From assembly GCA_964016885.1 (NCBI GenBank), contig OZ024741.1, positions 119,908,001-119,972,000 on the forward strand: 64,000 nt of DNA. The letters run 5' to 3'. Source of the DNA: Eledone cirrhosa. Lineage: Eukaryota. Each line of letters opens with the position of its first letter. Position 1 is the first letter of the stretch. A program made the translations under genes and the position numbers. Below the pieces are notes generated by a model. The model was not told the DNA's origin and ran no database searches. It saw only the letters and a program-made list of their open reading frames with translations. Below are positions 1 to 12,499 of this stretch, in pieces.

Positions 1-44
1 GGGGGGGGGTTAAAGAGGGGGGAGTAGACAGATAGATAGATATC

Positions 45-1265
45 TTTATTTGCCACAAGGGCGCATAAGGAATGGGACATTTCAAGATGTGACAGTGGGG
101 GTTTTACAATAAATCGTGTAAATAAATTAAACAATTATAAATAAACAATCAAAATCCCCAATATGGGGAAATGTTACTGCGATGTTGCTTTACACCTCGT
201 AGATAGAACAACTCTCAACACCAGGAGCACGTTTTGTAGGTCTTCCTGTCTATTCACTCGGGCCATTTTCGCCACATTCACCCACCTTTCAGCGAATTTA
301 CTGGGGTGTAGCACCTCTCTCTCCTCTCTCACCCTTCTTTTGAAGTGGTATTTAAAGAAGGGGATGAGGTGTTGTCCGGACAGGAAAGTGTTTGCCCTCA
401 ATCCTTTTCACCTCGTCCACCATATTACCTCTTTCGCCATAGCCATCAGACAGAGGAAAACCGCCTCACCTTCATTCTTAAATGATGGCGGCGGGGTGTT
501 CCTCGTGATGGACTCAGCTGACAACTGGATGCGTCCCACACGTGACACTAGCTGTTCGACATAATTCCACAGGTCGGTCATCTGAGCACAATTGCGTGCA
601 GAACAGTTTCGATGTCCTGCTTGCGTCTAGGACAGGTCATTTTGGCAGGGTACCTGCCAGGGCGTCCGTGCCTGTAGATTTTGTCTCGAACTGGTAGAGC
701 TCCTCGGTAGCACTGCCAGGCCAGAGACCTCTGGAAGTTATCCATAGGCCCCGGACGGAAAGTCCTCCCGAACAGACTGGCCTATTTGATGCCTAGAGTC
801 TCCCCGAGAATGTCATCGCACTTATCCTCCACTAATCCCCTATAGAATGTCAAAGTGGAGTCTCCGCTGATTGCCGTTTCCGCTTGGTAGAGGGCTGTGA
901 GCGGCTGAAGACTACAGCTTTGTTAACGAGATGAGTTGTGGAAAAGCTCGTCTCACAAACGACAACCACACCGGTTCACAGGTCAGGAATACCTGGAGAT
1001 GGCGTAGCCTCAGCACGCGTTTGCACATCAGCAGCCATGGCATGCCCAGCCCTCCGTTAGAAGAGGTGTTGACAGCAGATGGATCTCCTCACCAATGGAA
1101 CCTGTTTCTTCCAAAGGAACTTGAAGAAAAGATGCTCCATTTTTCTGGAGTGATCGCGGAGACAAGGCACGACAGTCAATCGGTAGTAGATGACGGACGC
1201 TATGTAATCCCCCCTTCTGGGTGAGTCCAAACACCTTCGCCGTGACCTCGTTCCTGGAGGTCTGG
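45..1265 (-). mobile_element. Tx1/L1-clade non-LTR retrotransposon, degenerate 3' fragment (ORF2 C-terminus and 3' end with (GATA)n-like tail)
   Basis: Frameshifted peptides YIASVIYYRLTVVPC..KMEHLFFKFLW and FLSGQHLIPFFKYHFKRRVREERE..FAERW resemble the L1/Tx1 ORF2 C-terminus. AATAAA plus a simple-repeat tail lies at ~25-55. Homologous to 21268-22560. Confidence 0.8.
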
Positions 1266-1477
1266 ACCAAACCATTGTTGTAACTATCAATTATCTTTAA
1301 CGTACTGGCTGCTGAACTGGGGAATCCTAAAAACTATTCAAATCCAACATCATCAGAGCATGTTAACCCCCCGCCCATCCTCGCTGACTTGAGACGGCGT
1401 GCGGTATTTTTGCACTGGAGTGTAGGGAGATGCCTGAAAAGATAAAATGCCGGTATACCAGCCGTACGGGCCAGCTA

Positions 1478-1580
<103 letters not shown>

Positions 1581-1711
1581 TTAATAAGGAAAGTTATATA
1601 TATTTACATATACTTACACGCACACAAGCACACACACATACATACATACATAGACATAGTTGGTCTTGAACTTATACTGTTGAAACGGGGGGGCTTTTCC
1701 TATGGGACTAT

Positions 1712-1776
<65 letters not shown>

Positions 1777-1778
<2 letters not shown>

Positions 1779-1950
1779 GTGGGAAAGTAAAAAATCGGAG
1801 AATAGACCGTTAAAACATGTTTATTTAAAACAGCAACTACGTACGTTTCGCCCAGTTGGGCTTCTCAAGGGCATAAATAATCACAAGTGTTCCTTATATT
1901 GCTCGGAAAGAGTTTTTGGGGTTAAATCCACATCAAGGTTCATTGCTCGC
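1777..1950 (-). mobile_element. Solo pLTR fragment of a Naiad-like Penelope element with an HHR-like motif (same family as 7405-8461)
   Basis: Near-identical to 7566-7738 and abuts (TA)n. The minus strand reads TTGAGAA-gccc aact gggc-GAAA-cgtacg-TA (1838-1868). Confidence 0.75.
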
Positions 1951-2715
1951 AATGTGTGTGTGTGTGTACGTACTGAATGTATGGATGTGTAAGTGTGCGT
2001 ATGTATATAGGCATGTATATTTTTGTGTGTGTGTATGTGTGAGTGTATATACAGTCGCGTGCGTGCGCGTGATTAGATATACATGGGGCGAGGCGTATAT
2101 ACGTATATATGTGCATCCTGTGTGCGTATGTATGCTTGCATACGCTTTTGTCTGCACGTTTTTTGCGTGTATATATATATATTTGTTATAGATATACGTT
2201 TCTTGTAGATATGTGTATGTGTGTACGCGTGTACCTTGTTTGTCTTCTTTTCTTTAATTTTTTCTTTCTAAATTATTGTTCCATTTTTATAAATATATCG
2301 AGAATTATATTCTTTTTACGATTATACTCCCTTACCTCTTTTTCTTCCGCATATAAGTGTACGTGCGTGTGTGTTTATACGCGTGCCTTCATATTCTTAT
2401 AATGTATCTAATACTCTGTTTTTCTGTGTGCCTGTCAACCGGACAATCACATCATGTCTGTCTGTAGTTACAGATACACAGATACACTTGCCCTAACATA
2501 TATATTTACGCACACTTTTTCACTATACGTACACATTTGTACATACACACATATGTACATCTGTGAGCGTATATACATACATATACACACACCTAACTAT
2601 ATTTCTTGAAAGATTTTTATATATTTCATATGGCTATTGTAATTCTTTTATCTATATTTATATAATTTTTTTGCTTTTCTTGATGAGACTTTCCAAGTAT
2701 TTAGCCATGTTTTAT

Positions 2716-2793
2716 ATTGCCTCGTCTGACGAACGAATGCAGACGTTTCTTTCGTATTTGCCTCATTCGGGAAACCTCTGGTAATGAGGTAAT
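2716..2793 (+). ncRNA. Type I hammerhead ribozyme motif
   Basis: Stem I attgcctcgt/atgaggtaat (10 bp incl. G:U), core CTGACGA (2726-2732), stem II cgaatg...cattcg, GAAA (2771-2774), stem III cc-tct-gg, TA cleavage site. Confidence 0.85.
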
Positions 2794-2880
2794 TATATTG
2801 TATTGATTTTTATACATTAAATTTTGCTCTGGTACTCTTCACTTCTATGACCTTTTCTGTTTTCAACGGAAATTTCAATA

Positions 2881-2940
<60 letters not shown>

Positions 2941-2944
<4 letters not shown>

Positions 2945-3128
2945 AACAAGTAGAACCCGACGGCTGAGCTCAAGCCGTTTCGACATTTTTTAGTCCAGTA
3001 TTAGCCGTCGAAACGGCTTGAGCTCAGCCGTCGGGGTCCTACTCGTTCCTATTACCCACTCTACTACCCTAAGTATTGAGTACTTTGGTGCGTTATGGTC
3101 CGCCTGGTTCCTTACCACATTTCCTTCG

Positions 3129-3130
<2 letters not shown>
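2941..3130 (+). mobile_element. Hairpin-plus-tail element in (TA)n carrying the 3' half of an HHR
   Basis: Inverted arms 2941-2984 and 3007-3051. GAAA-cggcttgagctcagccg-TC at 3010-3032. The CUGANGA half is absent (truncated). Confidence 0.65.
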
Positions 3131-3207
<77 letters not shown>

Positions 3208-3211
<4 letters not shown>

Positions 3212-3471
3212 TAAACGGAATAGAAAATGGTGACAAATTGTTCACAGTTGAAAAATGGTTTAATTAGGAATAAAAGAGTATTAGTGATTGTATGGGTTAG
3301 TATTCAGTTGTGGTTAAAACTTAAAACCACGACTGAATACTAACCCATACAATCACTAATACTCTTTTATTCCTAATTAAACCATTTTTCAACTGTGAAC
3401 AATTTGTCAGCATTTTCTATTCCGTTTACCAATATATAATAACTTGTGTGTTACGCCTCTATTCTTTTAAC
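3208..3471. repeat. Near-perfect ~108-bp-arm hairpin plus short tail between (TA)n tracts
   Basis: Arms 3208-3315 and 3325-3432 are reverse complements with about 2 mismatches. Confidence 0.85.
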
Positions 3472-3495
3472 TATATATATATATATATATATATA

Positions 3496-3839
3496 TGGAA
3501 AGTTATATTTAAATTGTTGGGTTACAACTAGTAAATATTTATAACTGATATAAAAGCACTCAACAAGTATTTGGAGTATATTTACGATATTAAATAAATG
3601 GAAACTATATTTATAAAACCATATTTATTTCATTATATATATTTCAGGGATATCTGCCAAATCAACTTTTTCAAATACAAGTCGATGTTGAACGGTATGT
3701 CAAATCTATTTATCTATAAAACTGTCTATATTGTATTTTGTCTGAAGAAGGCATAACATATTGTTAATATGATATCCCTGAAATATATATAATGAAATAA
3801 ATATGGTTTTATAAATATAGTTTCCATTTATTTAATATC

Positions 3840-3842
<3 letters not shown>
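3496..3842. mobile_element. PLE-type inverted-pLTR element with HHR (3734-3799, +); same family as 19529-20139
   Basis: tattttgt-CTGAAGA-aggcataacatatt gtt aatatgatatccct-GAAA-tatata-TA-atgaaata. Inverted arms at 3584-3654 and 3772-3842. Flanked by (TA)n. Confidence 0.8.
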
Positions 3843-3898
<56 letters not shown>

Positions 3899-4344
3899 GG
3901 CATAAAATACTGTAATAGACTGTTATATATTTCTGACTAATTATAGCTACAAACCACCACAGATCGAGTTATAAAACAGAATCTTAATTTGGTAATACTG
4001 GAATTATTGGCGCAGTAGTCAGAGAGATTTAGCTGTAAACAATATATTAGATGTATATTACGGAATAACTTCTAGGAGAGTAACGGAATTTTCAAACACT
4101 CTACTATCTCGTAAGTTGAAATATTATTTACTAAATATTAATTCTCGTTTATATTCTTTATTCCTACCAATTTATTTTGACGGCGTTGTTTAGATACGAA
4201 ATTCTAAATTCTAAAATATATGATGTGTATAGTTCTGTATTGTGTAGAAGTGAAATGACAGATTGAATAAAACTATCAGAATTGTTAGGTATGAATTGTG
4301 AATCTAACTCTTCTCTAGAAGTGTGAGTGTGTTTACATGTGAAA

Positions 4345-5478
4345 ATACATACACACACACACACACACACTCTCTCTCTCCTCACACACACAGGCACACA
4401 CACACCATACACACACCACACACACACACCACACCACACCACACCACACACACACACACACGCACTCTCTCTCTCACACACACACAGACACACACACACT
4501 ACATCACACCACACCACACACACACACTCTCTCTCTCACATACACACACACTACACGACACCACACGACACCACACGACACCACACACACACACACTCTC
4601 TCTCTCTCACACACATACACACACACGCTACACCACACCACACCACACCACGCCCCACCACACACACACCACACCACACACACATACCACACAACACCAC
4701 CTCCACACACACACCACACCACACACACACATACACTCTCTCTCTCTCTCTTTCTCACACACACACAGACACACACACACTACACCACATCACACCACAC
4801 ACACACTACACCACACCACACCACACACTCTCTCTCTCACACACACAGACACACACACACACCATACACACACCACACCACACCACACACACACACCATA
4901 CACACACACACCACACCATACCACACACACACACACACTCTCTCTCTCTCACACACACAGACACACACACACCACACCACACACACACACACGCTCTCTC
5001 TCTCACACGCTCTCTCTCTCACACACACACATACACACACTACATCACACACACTCTCTCTCTGTTTCTCATACACACAGACACACACACACCACACCAC
5101 ACACCACACACACACACTCACCACACATACACACACACACACACACAGACACACACACACCACACCACTCACACACACACACACCACACCACACCACATA
5201 CACACACACTATCTCTCTCTCACACACACAGACACACAAACATCATACCACACACCACACACCACACCACACCACATACACACACACACACACACACACC
5301 ACACCACTCACACCCACACACACAAACACCACACCACATACACATACACACACACCACACGACACCACACACACACCACACAACACACACCTACCACACC
5401 AGACACACACACACAATCTCTGTCTCTCTCACACACACTCACAGACACACACACAGACACACACACACCACACCACAC

Positions 5479-5500
<22 letters not shown>
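4345..5500. repeat. Complex (CA)n/(CACAC)n/(CT)n low-complexity tract
   Basis: Direct reading. It produces spurious His/Thr and Cys/Val ORFs. Confidence 0.9.
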
Positions 5501-5511
<11 letters not shown>

Positions 5512-5909
5512 TTATGTTCGTGTGTGTATTCACACATGCGCGTACGTAGACACACTTATATATATGTATGCATGTTCGTGTGTGAATTAGTGGGAATATC
5601 AACACGTGTGTATATACATATTTATGTATCTGTCCGATGTTTTCATGTTGTGAAATGTCTGTGTGTGTGTGTGTGTATGCGTTTAAATTTGTGTGATAGT
5701 GTTTGCGAGTGTGCGAGTAAATATACATTTGTCTAATTATAGACATTTGCATATATGTGTGTGTGGTGTATATAAATATAAGAAAAATGGAGTGCTGCGT
5801 GGTTACACATGGGTTACATATTAATAAAATTAGTCCTTCATCAGTGATCTTCCAACCTTCATTGGAATTTCATCGCTTTAAAAATCATATACCTCTGGTT
5901 GGTGCGAGC

Positions 5910-6087
<178 letters not shown>

Positions 6088-6562
6088 TATAAAATAACAG
6101 GAGATTGGACTGGTATAATTCCTTAAAGGTTTATTATAGTATGAACATTTCAATGACGGCGACATCATCCGGTATTCGAAATTTAACAAAGGAATATAAT
6201 CCATGGGGCTGAAAAGGCAGAGTGACAAGAAGGCGAACATATATTTAGCAGTTTCGAGCTCGGTCGGCCACCTTCAAGCGTACTCGCACCACCAACAACA
6301 CAAACGAAGACGGGTGAGTTGCATTACGTCGAGTGCTCTCCCTAATATTACATCGAGGTTGATCATACGGAATGACCAGTTCTATCCACTGGTGAACCAA
6401 CAAACCTGAAGGAATATATATATATATATACTTGTGTATAATGGTAGCTATGGTGCTTCCATAGGCGGTATGCCAAAATTAGCACTCAATATTCAGCAGA
6501 GTAGAGAGTAGATAGTATAAAGAAAACGAAAAATCAGTGATGCATCTGGACTCAATTTATTG

Positions 6563-6653
6563 CGTGTTACAATTGTTTCGCCGGCAGGTAGCTCGAGACA
6601 TGGTCCCTGTATGGATCTGGCTGATTCTACGACTGCAGGTTTCTTCAGACACG
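6563..6653 (-). ncRNA. Type I HHR motif with extended stem II in a PLE pLTR (related to 14880-15130)
   Basis: Minus strand: cgtgt-CTGAAGA-[~62-nt stem II region]-GAAA-caattg-TA-acacg. Confidence 0.75.
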
Positions 6654-7334
6654 GATAGTTCGTTCGGAGCAAATTTTATCACTGGGGTGTTATCATAACC
6701 CCCCACCCCCCAAAAAACCTCTTCCAATCTTGCCATGCCATTGGCTGTTGTTACTCCACGTCATCTTAAGTTCTGGTCAGTATTTACTGCTACACGGGTC
6801 ATCAGCCATTTTCCGTCCGACACACTTCAATGGAGTCATGCTGGGTTCAGTATCTCACACGTCTGTTCACACTCCAGAGCAAGCGCCCACACATACGAAT
6901 ACACACACACACATATACACACACAGGCAGACACAGACACATGCGTGCATACACACTTGTACGCACACATGCGTAGACACCCCCCCACACGTATACATAT
7001 ATGTATATATACGCACACACGCTCTCCTTCCTTCCACGGACCCAGGCACACCCAATTCTAGATACATACCGCCACAAGCCTTTTAACGGCTGCTTAAATC
7101 GCGCCATATATCCGGTCCGACAGGCGGCACGGCCCACGCAAACATACACATATACACGCACATACGGGCGCACACATACCTACGCATAACCTTATATACA
7201 TCTATATATATACACTCATACATACACATATATATATACACACACACACACACATACACACATATATATATATATATACATGCACACACATACATACAAA
7301 ATACACATACGTACACAAAATTACATACACACAT

Positions 7335-7404
<70 letters not shown>

Positions 7405-7408
<4 letters not shown>

Positions 7409-8458
7409 TTTACGTATCGAGAAAGAGAAAAAAAGGGGAGATAGGTGATACATATAGTTATTTGCCAAGTAGCGTATGCCAAAGGTGCTCGATACTAGTG
7501 CCGGCAGTATTAAATATTCGAAGTGTTAATATTTAGTGGGCTAGAGAGTTAGCAGAGCGTAAGCACGTGGGAAAGTAAAAAATCGGAGAATAGACCGTTA
7601 AAACATGTTTATTTAAAATTCACCTACGTACGTTTCGCCCAGTTGGGCTTCTCAAGGGCATAAATAATCACAAGTGTTCCTTATATTGTTCGGAAAGAGT
7701 TTTTGGGGTTAAATCCACATCAAGGTTCATTGCTCGCAAAAATATCTTGTTTTGATTTTGCAGCAGGTCAAGGGAGGTAACTCTGGCCGGTGTTAGGGCA
7801 GTCTTTCGCGGACAAATCTTTTTTTTTTTTTTTTTTGCCGCATCCGTTTGTCTGAGGCTGGGTCTGGTATGCAAGGATTGTTTCCTGGGTGTTATTTTGC
7901 AGCGCCTGCCCGCCGGGGTGTTAAGACTTGTTGCAGGGAGATCCAGTGTACTATTTCACTCTTCATCCTTAACCCATCTGAAGAAGGATATTTTTAAGCG
8001 ATGTGTACAACTTATCGCTGTTTCAGCTCTGCTGTTGATGAGCTCGTGGGGTGCAGTTATGATGTGGTAGAGTTCCATGAGGCAAAGATCGCATTTCCTC
8101 TTGAAGTTGTACGGTGAAGCCCTGCCAACAATCTCCCAGTGCGTGGAGAAGCTGCATACCAGACCCAGCCTCAGACAAACGGATGCGGCAAAAAAAAAAA
8201 AAAAAAATTTGTCCGGGAAAGACTGCCCTAACACCGGCCAGAGTTATCTCCCTTGACCTGCTGCAAAATCAAAACAAGATATTTTTGCGAGCAATGAACC
8301 TTGATGTGGATTTAACCCCCAAAACTCTTTCCGAACAATATAAGGAACACTTGTGATTATTTATGCCCTTGAGAAGCCCAACTGGGCGAAACGTACGTAG
8401 GTGATATTTTAAATAAACATGTTTTAACGGTCTATTCTCCGATTTTTTACTTTCCCAC

Positions 8459-8461
<3 letters not shown>
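7405..8461 (-). mobile_element. 5'-truncated Naiad-like Penelope element with inverted pLTR; HHR-like motifs at 7621-7661 (-) and 8363-8403 (+)
   Basis: ORF 7956-8150 encodes WEIVGRASPY..KCDLCLMELYHI..LINSRAE..SCTHR (GIY-YIG C-terminal CxxC/CxH segment). Inverted arms at ~7565-7872 and ~8153-8461. (TA)n on both sides. Confidence 0.85.
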
Positions 8462-8503
<42 letters not shown>

Positions 8504-8746
8504 AAAAAACACTACATACATACGCACACCCACACATATATATACATATATACATCTACATATACATACGCATACGGACTGCCACATGCAGACACCTGCA
8601 CATATGCATATTTGCTTACACACACGTTTCCACATATACATATATAAACAAAACCGTAAATTAAAAATACATTATATAATAAAAAACACAATATACCATA
8701 AAATAACGGTAAAATAGAAATAGGAACTTTGTAATATTTAATTAAG

Positions 8747-8963
8747 GGTGGTGGATTGGCAGTATCGGTGGAGCGTCGCACAAAACCTTCATGGTATAGA
8801 GTTATGGCCCTTTACGATCTGAGTTCAAATCCTGTCGAGGTTAGCTTTGCCTTTTATCCTTACAGGATCGATAAAATAGAGTACCAGTAATGAACTGGCG
8901 TCGATTCAATCGACTTTCCCCTTCCCTAAAATTGTTGGTCTTGTTCCTAAATCAGAAACAAAT
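8747..8963 (+). mobile_element. tRNA-derived SINE (family 1)
   Basis: A-box-like TGGCAGTATCGG, B-box-like GAGTTCAAATCC and shared core ctttgccttt.atcc..cggggtcgataaaataaagtaccagt. At least 9 copies in the window. Confidence 0.8.
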
Positions 8964-9002
8964 ATTTAATTATCTCCTGTTACGCTACAAGTTTATATTA
9001 TA

Positions 9003-9519
9003 CTAGCTGGCGTACTCAGATTCGCCCGGGTAAACATGATAAGAGAAGACAGGTAGAAGAGAAAATGACTGTATTGGACGTTTGTCTGGTTTAGAGTATG
9101 AGGCGAGAACGTGGTGTGTGTGTTACAAAAAATAAACAGCCAAAAAATCTTCCAGGTACACTAGATTCTTCGTTTTACCGTTCGTGCATAGTATATGAAG
9201 ATTTCTAAATGTTTCCACTCGTGAACAACCTACATATAACTATCCATGGGTAAAAATTCTCTTGTATTCAATTCTACAATTCTTGAAACTCTGAGCCTGA
9301 GCTTTATTTATGGTCATAGCAAAACTGGCTCTAACAGGAAACTGAAGTCTTGAGAATTTGAATGGCAGCTCGGTAGAGGAAGGGATAAGAGGAATCTTTG
9401 GAATACATTTTCTCCTTGATGATTGCCTGCAAGAATAGTGACCTCTACTTCCATAGAAGTAGCGTGTCCACGTTTCTCAAAAAGATATGGAAGTTCCAAT
9501 ATTTTATATTATATATAGA
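9003..9519 (-). mobile_element. Probable non-autonomous Helitron remnant
   Basis: The minus strand starts TCTATATA and ends with a GC-rich subterminal segment followed by CTAG|T. Confidence 0.5.
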
Positions 9520-9994
9520 AAAAGATAATTGTATATAAATGTGTATGTGTGTGTTAACCAGCACACACACACACACACATACACACACGCGCGCACACCC
9601 ACACCCACACACACATTCATATACAAAATGTAACGTCGTCGTCGTGTTATAAAATATCCGTTTTCTTGTAGTTGTCTATAGTAGATTATTTTAGATAAAG
9701 TGTTATATTGTTTTAATCCAAATGAAAAGGAGAATTATATGTTGTCACTCCCGGCGTATAATACTGTTGTAAAATTTGATTTGATTTGGTCGAGCCATTT
9801 GGAAATGCATAAGGAAAAGACAGAGAGACAAAGAATTTTATATATAGAGAGATTTAGGTTATAAATGAAGTTAACGCATACTTTGATATTCTGACATCAT
9901 AATGTTATTTTAATCACGTGGTTTCTATTTTACAATATTATAATAATTTAATGTATTTGCAACATTATTACATTGTTAATATTTATTGTAATAT

Positions 9995-10015
9995 ATTCTT
10001 TCTTTATTTTCACAG
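9995..10015 (+). promoter_or_regulatory. 3' splice acceptor of a 5'-UTR intron of GPCR1
   Basis: Polypyrimidine tract plus cacag|ATACAT. The same cag|ATACAT junction occurs upstream of GPCR2 (35757-35770, -). Confidence 0.6.
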
Positions 10016-10217
10016 ATACATTACGAAATAACTTATTTTAACGAAACCGTGTGTTACTATTTAAGAATCGATCCATAATAATTGCTAATGGAAAGACAAC
10101 TCTTGATATAGCTTAACATTGAAGTGAATGAAGACGTTACACTCTGGAAAAATATATTGATTCGCTTAAAATTCTATAAAATATATCTGGTTCCAATATT
10201 TAACAATAATATTGAAA

Positions 10218-12197
10218 ATGTCGCACTATTTGAGAAATCTAATATACATTTTACTGATAACTTTTGGAAACGAAATTATTCATCAGTCATATTGTTTGGT
10301 AGAAAATCCTGAATGTTCTTCGACTCTGTGTTATGCTGGAAGTTCAGAAATAAGATGTTCTTGTCATAAATACTGTTATCTATATAATGAATGTTGTTCA
10401 GATAAGATCAACCAAACTAGTATTCAGCATAGAAGACATTCAATAGATTATAGTTGCAGGAAAATTAATGAGGAGAAATTAGACCGTTATTTTATATTTG
10501 ACCGTTGTCTAAACGACCATACAGTACCAGAACATGTTACTTATTGTGAAACTCCTGATATAAATGACAGAATATCCAATATACCAGCTTTAGGAAAACA
10601 AACTAAAAGACTTTACAGGAATTTGTTTTGTGCTCTGTGTAATGGAGAGGAATACATATTATGGACAATTCATTACAGATGTAGAAATCAGATCGATATA
10701 GATGTTACACTCTTCCCAGATATTTTAATAAAGAATCACTGTAATTTATCAATTGAAGCACCATTAAACTATAGTGATTACCAATATCCATGTATAGATT
10801 ACGTTTCAAAGTGTCCCTCACATGATACCAATAAAACTTTACTTTATTCTTGTATGTTTGAACCAATGGCTATTGTACGATCCAATGGAACTAATTTTAA
10901 AAACATTCACTGTGCAGTCTGTAATGGTATTGACGTTAATGATATTGACTGTAATGTATCTATGTTGAGTAGATCGGATTATGGATTTGAGGTGTATCCT
11001 ATAATAGCAATATTTAACTATAATGATAATAATGTTGAAGTTTGGAATACATTGAATGGAAGTGAAGATGTGAAAGAATTACCCTCTTGTTCACCAGGAT
11101 TTCTTTACAATGAATTGAAGACAGAATGTCAACAAGTGGACTATACATCCTTGTTAAATTGTACATTTGAAAGATTAAATGAATCTGAATATTACATCAC
11201 TAATGATGGCTTCCTTTACTTAAATAATACCCAACGTTTCCTAAACAGATCAGAATTCAGCCAGGATCCTCAAGGCATAACTATCTGTTTATACAATAAT
11301 CCATATACCCATTACCATTTAGTTCTTGTTGTTTACTATTTGATATTTGTGGGACTACTAACATCAATTCCAGCTCTAGCAATCACTATTATGGTCTACC
11401 TCTGTATATCTGAACTCCGTACCTTACCTGGTAAATTACTCATTAGTTTTTTATCAGCACTATTTTTAGCAGATCTTCTGTTTTTGACCTCAAAAACAAT
11501 TGCTACACCAAGTTTTCTGTGTTTTCCAATAGCTATTTTAAAGCATTATTTCTATCTGGCGACTTTCTTCTGGATGAATGTCTTGTCCTTTGATGCCTGG
11601 TACACTTTCTCGGGACTCACACCTCTACGAAATACAGAAAAACATACCAAAAGACTCGTCTATTATTCTCTTTATGCCTGGGTCTGTCCACTTATAATAG
11701 TGACAGTGTCACTTATATTTCAATATGTCCCAGGTAATCACGGCCTTTCTCCAGAATATGGGAAACGAATCGTTTGTTGGATTACAAATGTAAAAGTTCA
11801 ATTGTGGTTATTTTTCGTACCGATAATAATAATTTTATGTTTGAATGCATTATCTTTCATACTCACCGCTAGAGGTCTGTATTTAGCTAGTAAAGAATCA
11901 TCGAAATATCTCAACATACCCAATAAAACTAAATTTATAGTATATTTTAAATTAAGCCTTATAATGGGCATAACATGGATATTTATTTTCCTTCCCACTT
12001 CGCACACATTTCCTATAATTATCACTATAGCCTTCGTTTTAAATTCTTTTATTGGTTTAATAATAAGTATATTATTTTTATCATCGAAGGTTGTAAGACG
12101 CCATATTTTCAAAAATTGCCGCCAAATATACTACACAAGAAAACGCAAACATATTGAAAATTCTACCAGTTCCAACAAAACTGTGTCAACAAATTAA
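10218..12197 (+). CDS. Single-coding-exon class B3 (Methuselah-like, 7tm_2) GPCR with Cys-rich SMB-like ectodomain (GPCR1)
   Basis: Intact 659-aa ORF from ATG 10218. Signal-peptide-like N-terminus; CSCHKYCYLYNECCSD (SMB-like); YRNLFCALCNG; seven hydrophobic helices with LRTLPGKLL, HYFYLATFFWMNVLSFD, YSLYAWVCP, PEYG..CWI and KLSLIMGITW motifs. Confidence 0.92.
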   Translation: MSHYLRNLIYILLITFGNEIIHQSYCLVENPECSSTLCYAGSSEIRCSCHKYCYLYNECCSDKINQTSIQHRRHSIDYSCRKINEEKLDRYFIFDRCLNDHTVPEHVTYCETPDINDRISNIPALGKQTKRLYRNLFCALCNGEEYILWTIHYRCRNQIDIDVTLFPDILIKNHCNLSIEAPLNYSDYQYPCIDYVSKCPSHDTNKTLLYSCMFEPMAIVRSNGTNFKNIHCAVCNGIDVNDIDCNVSMLSRSDYGFEVYPIIAIFNYNDNNVEVWNTLNGSEDVKELPSCSPGFLYNELKTECQQVDYTSLLNCTFERLNESEYYITNDGFLYLNNTQRFLNRSEFSQDPQGITICLYNNPYTHYHLVLVVYYLIFVGLLTSIPALAITIMVYLCISELRTLPGKLLISFLSALFLADLLFLTSKTIATPSFLCFPIAILKHYFYLATFFWMNVLSFDAWYTFSGLTPLRNTEKHTKRLVYYSLYAWVCPLIIVTVSLIFQYVPGNHGLSPEYGKRIVCWITNVKVQLWLFFVPIIIILCLNALSFILTARGLYLASKESSKYLNIPNKTKFIVYFKLSLIMGITWIFIFLPTSHTFPIIITIAFVLNSFIGLIISILFLSSKVVRRHIFKNCRQIYYTRKRKHIENSTSSNKTVSTN

Positions 12198-12334
12198 TAT
12201 ATGACACACTGGAAAGTTTTAAATATTTAAATTAATATTCAGTTTATAATCAAATCTAAAAGATAAATCCCTTATCGTCGAAAATATGATACTTCGTTGT
12301 TTCAATGCTCAGACGTACATACGCGCAGCCACAT

Positions 12335-12374
<40 letters not shown>

Positions 12375-12499
12375 GTAAATTTACACACACACACACACAC
12401 ACGCACACACACATACACACACACATACACATATATATATGTATGTAAATGTACACGCACAAACACACACACGCCTACACACACATATATATATATATA

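Noticed and set aside
4323-5736. 408-469-aa His/Thr-rich ORFs
   Set aside because: They are translations of CA-rich simple repeats open in several frames, with no signal peptide or codon structure.
6245-6285. Minus-strand TTGAAGG...GAAA motif
   Set aside because: Stems I and II do not pair.
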